Assembly (NCBI GenBank): GCA_003971905.1
Contig: RSEE01000078.1
Span: forward strand, 310,001-334,437
Origin: Moniliella sp. 'wahieum'
Lineage: Eukaryota
DNA: 24,437 nt
Direction of reading: 5' to 3'
The number at the start of each line of letters is the position of its first letter. Positions within the stretch are counted from its first letter, which is position 1. The translations under genes were made by a program, and so were the position numbers. The notes beneath the pieces are model-generated. The model was not told where the DNA came from. It ran no database searches and was given only the letters and a program-made list of their open reading frames with translations. Shown here in pieces: positions 22,147 through 24,437 of this stretch.

Positions 22147-22427
22147 TTATAACAAGGATAACGGAAGAACACATACACATACACCATCGAAGAAGGAGAG
22201 ATCTGGATTGGCTCGCCATTGGGCCCGTTGCGGCTGTACCACCACACCACCACCTTTTCAATCCTGCCTGTCATCCCTATGCCATCTGCGAGAGCTAAGA
22301 CATGTCCACGGTACACCCATTCCCGAAGTATACTGTCCATCTTCCTGGATACAAAATCATAGCAGTGCATAAGTACAGTACCTTCGCCTGACTTGGGCAT
22401 ATGCCCACAGGCCAGCGGTAGCCCGAT

Positions 22428-24437
22428 TCAGCATCCCCCGCACCCGCCTCCTCCTCCGCCACCGCCACCGCATCCACCGCCACCGCCACCGCCTCCGCAT
22501 CCACCGCCGCCGCCTCCGCTCCCACATCCACCAGCTGAGGAGCACGCGCTGAATCCACCCACCGAGGCGCATGCACCACCGTCCCACACCCGCCCGCGCC
22601 CACAGCACCCCCACAGGCCCCCGCCACACATGCGCCCACACTTCCGGCGCCCATGGCAGCACACGCAGGGTTGCACGGTACATGCCCGATCCTGAGCCGG
22701 CGGTGATGCATGGGTCGGGGTAGTAAGGGGCGTAGTAGGGCATGTAGATCGGGTAGATGCCCCAGGCCATCGCGGTGGCTTCCGACTCGCCCCGCCTGCG
22801 TTTCTCGTCGGGCGAGGCGACAAGTAAGCCGCGCTTGTGCAAGCGCCGTTGGGCAGCCTCGGCCTTGGATACGAGCCGACGATGGCGTACTTCTTCTTTG
22901 CGCAACGCCGCACGTCTCCCTCGGTCGGCACAGCGTTGTGGGCCGAGATGTGGGCGTTGCGTTCGGGATTGTCATGGTGGACGTTGGGATTGGAATGGAG
23001 AGCGTCCGAGTTGGTTCGTGCGTGCGAGGCGGTGGAGGAGGAAAATAAGAGGGCAGGTGAAACGCGGCTGGTCTGGCCTTCCCGGACCGCTTCGCAGTAC
23101 CAACACGTACACTCCGAGTAGGGCTGACCATTGGTCAACTTGGTATAGCGCTTCGACGTCAACTCAAACGCATCGCTCAACCGACCTGAGGACCTTGTCG
23201 TCATGGTTGATCATCCGCTGCATATGGTGCACCGTGTAACAATAGTACCGTGCTGGGGCGAGCTGATGCGTGTGCCAGGCCAAGTCGACGTCAAGCGTCG
23301 GCACCGCCATGTCACCAGGGTACTTCTTCATGATCAAGAGAAAGACTGAGTACTTGTCGATCAGACGCGTCATGGTTTGGTCCAATGCAGGCGAGTGCAA
23401 CCAATCAATCTCGTCCATCTTGCGGACAAACGTTCCTTGGCGCAACACGGCCCCCACCAAGTCCAACCCAAACGGAGACGAATTTTCCCAGTACCGCGAC
23501 ATCATGGACCGAATGCTGACGCGCCGTGCAATGGCCACATCCCGCCGGACTGGTTGGGAGCCTCCTACCTTACGTAGCGTCGCACGAGAGGCGCACCCTT
23601 TTCGAGCACATACCGCACGTCGTTGATGGTAAGGTGGGGGTAGGCATTGAAGTCGAGCTTTTCTCCCAACGTCATTGGGACCCCGTCCAACAAAAAGTGG
23701 CTCCCATACGACTGTCGCATCACCATCGACGGCTCGTGCGGCGGATGCCCATCAAACGGGAGAATGGTCCCAGGCATGGCAACCTTGGCCGTGAAAGTTG
23801 ACTGTAATCGGCACGGAACTTGGCCATCCGCAGATCATCGTGCGTATGCGATAGCTGCATGACGCGCAGTTAACAAGAAAGTTCGTATCGGTAAACCCTT
23901 GGTAGCATCGAACCACGGCTTTCGAGTTGCCCAAGGGCCCCCGGTGGCCCAGGGGACTTCCTGCTGTTGTGTGCAGCGCGGACACTGGATCTTCTTGCCT
24001 CTCATCTTGTTGGTTGCGCCAGAGACAGCCAGTGGCCTGTTCGAAAGCCTCAGCGCCTCGGCGGGAGGGAGGTAATCGAGCGAATCGTTGATGCAGGCGT
24101 CAATCAAAGCCCAGGGGAACCCCACGTTCCATACCCGCATGTGGGCCGTACGGAGACAGTCTTCGAGATAGGTAATTGGATTGAGGCAGAACGCGTGCCA
24201 GACCATCAACACGTCGAGGGGCGGTAAGTTGTTCTTGGTCCACAGTGGCGGGTCGGATGATGTCCTGGTACTCTTCATGGCATCGGCCAAACCAGTGGGA
24301 TGGTCGACAGTCCACTGTGATCACAGGCCCCGATGACGGCAAGCAGTACTCCAAATCGCTCGAACCGATCGGCCGCTCGCGCCACATACACTACGCCCAC
24401 CGTTTCTCCGCATCACGCGAGGGCCTTGTTGCGATCG
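22428..24437 (-). CDS. Glycine-rich domain-containing protein (GRDP/DUF1399-like), 5' truncated by the window end, heavily frameshifted
   Basis: LPPLDVLMVWHAFCLNP; SRYWENSSPFGLDLVGAVLRQGTFVRKM; VPTLDVDLAWHTHQL; INHDDK; YSECTCWYCE; HISAHNAV; Gly/Cys tail ending CGGC-stop. Confidence 0.88.
22431..22530 (-). repeat. GGN-rich coding repeat encoding Cys-punctuated poly-Gly (CG5-9)n
   Basis: Encodes GGCGSGGGGGGCGGGGGGGGCGGGGGGGGGCGGC. Confidence 0.85.

Noticed and set aside
4346..24437. Cluster of pseudogenes
   Set aside because: Catalytic motifs and splice signals are intact, and in the conserved domains I could reconstruct no in-frame nonsense substitutions were seen. Simultaneous decay of AFG3, MGM1 and ATP20 is implausible.

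Overview
Fungal nuclear DNA, most likely an intron-poor basidiomycete (Ustilaginomycotina-like). This is inferred from short introns with GTGCGT/GTATGC/GTAGGT donors and CTGAC/CTAAC branch points, and from the style of the proteins. Gene order: palindrome- and heptamer-rich non-coding DNA; an unidentified fragmented ORF (-); a long-loop bHLH transcription factor (-); m-AAA protease AFG3/YTA12 family (+); MATE transporter (+); ATP synthase subunit g ATP20 (+); dynamin-like GTPase MGM1 (-); SH3/RA polarity scaffold Tea4/Bud14-like with polyQ (-); RidA/YjgF deaminase (-); intron-containing tRNA-Arg(ACG) (-); and a glycine-rich domain (GRDP/DUF1399-like) gene (-) that runs off the window end. Nearly every gene has 1-2 nt frameshifts, mostly contracted short homopolymers. 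These are best read as long-read consensus errors, not pseudogenes or recoding. I see no clearly novel multi-gene system. The most unusual signals are: (i) 7-bp-period micro-duplications of 6-bp palindromes plus larger near-perfect palindromes, found by eye only in intergenic DNA; (ii) a bHLH with a split or duplicated basic region; (iii) three cristae-shaping mitochondrial genes within about 10.6 kb; (iv) a GRDP gene that looks ascomycete-like next to a tRNA.
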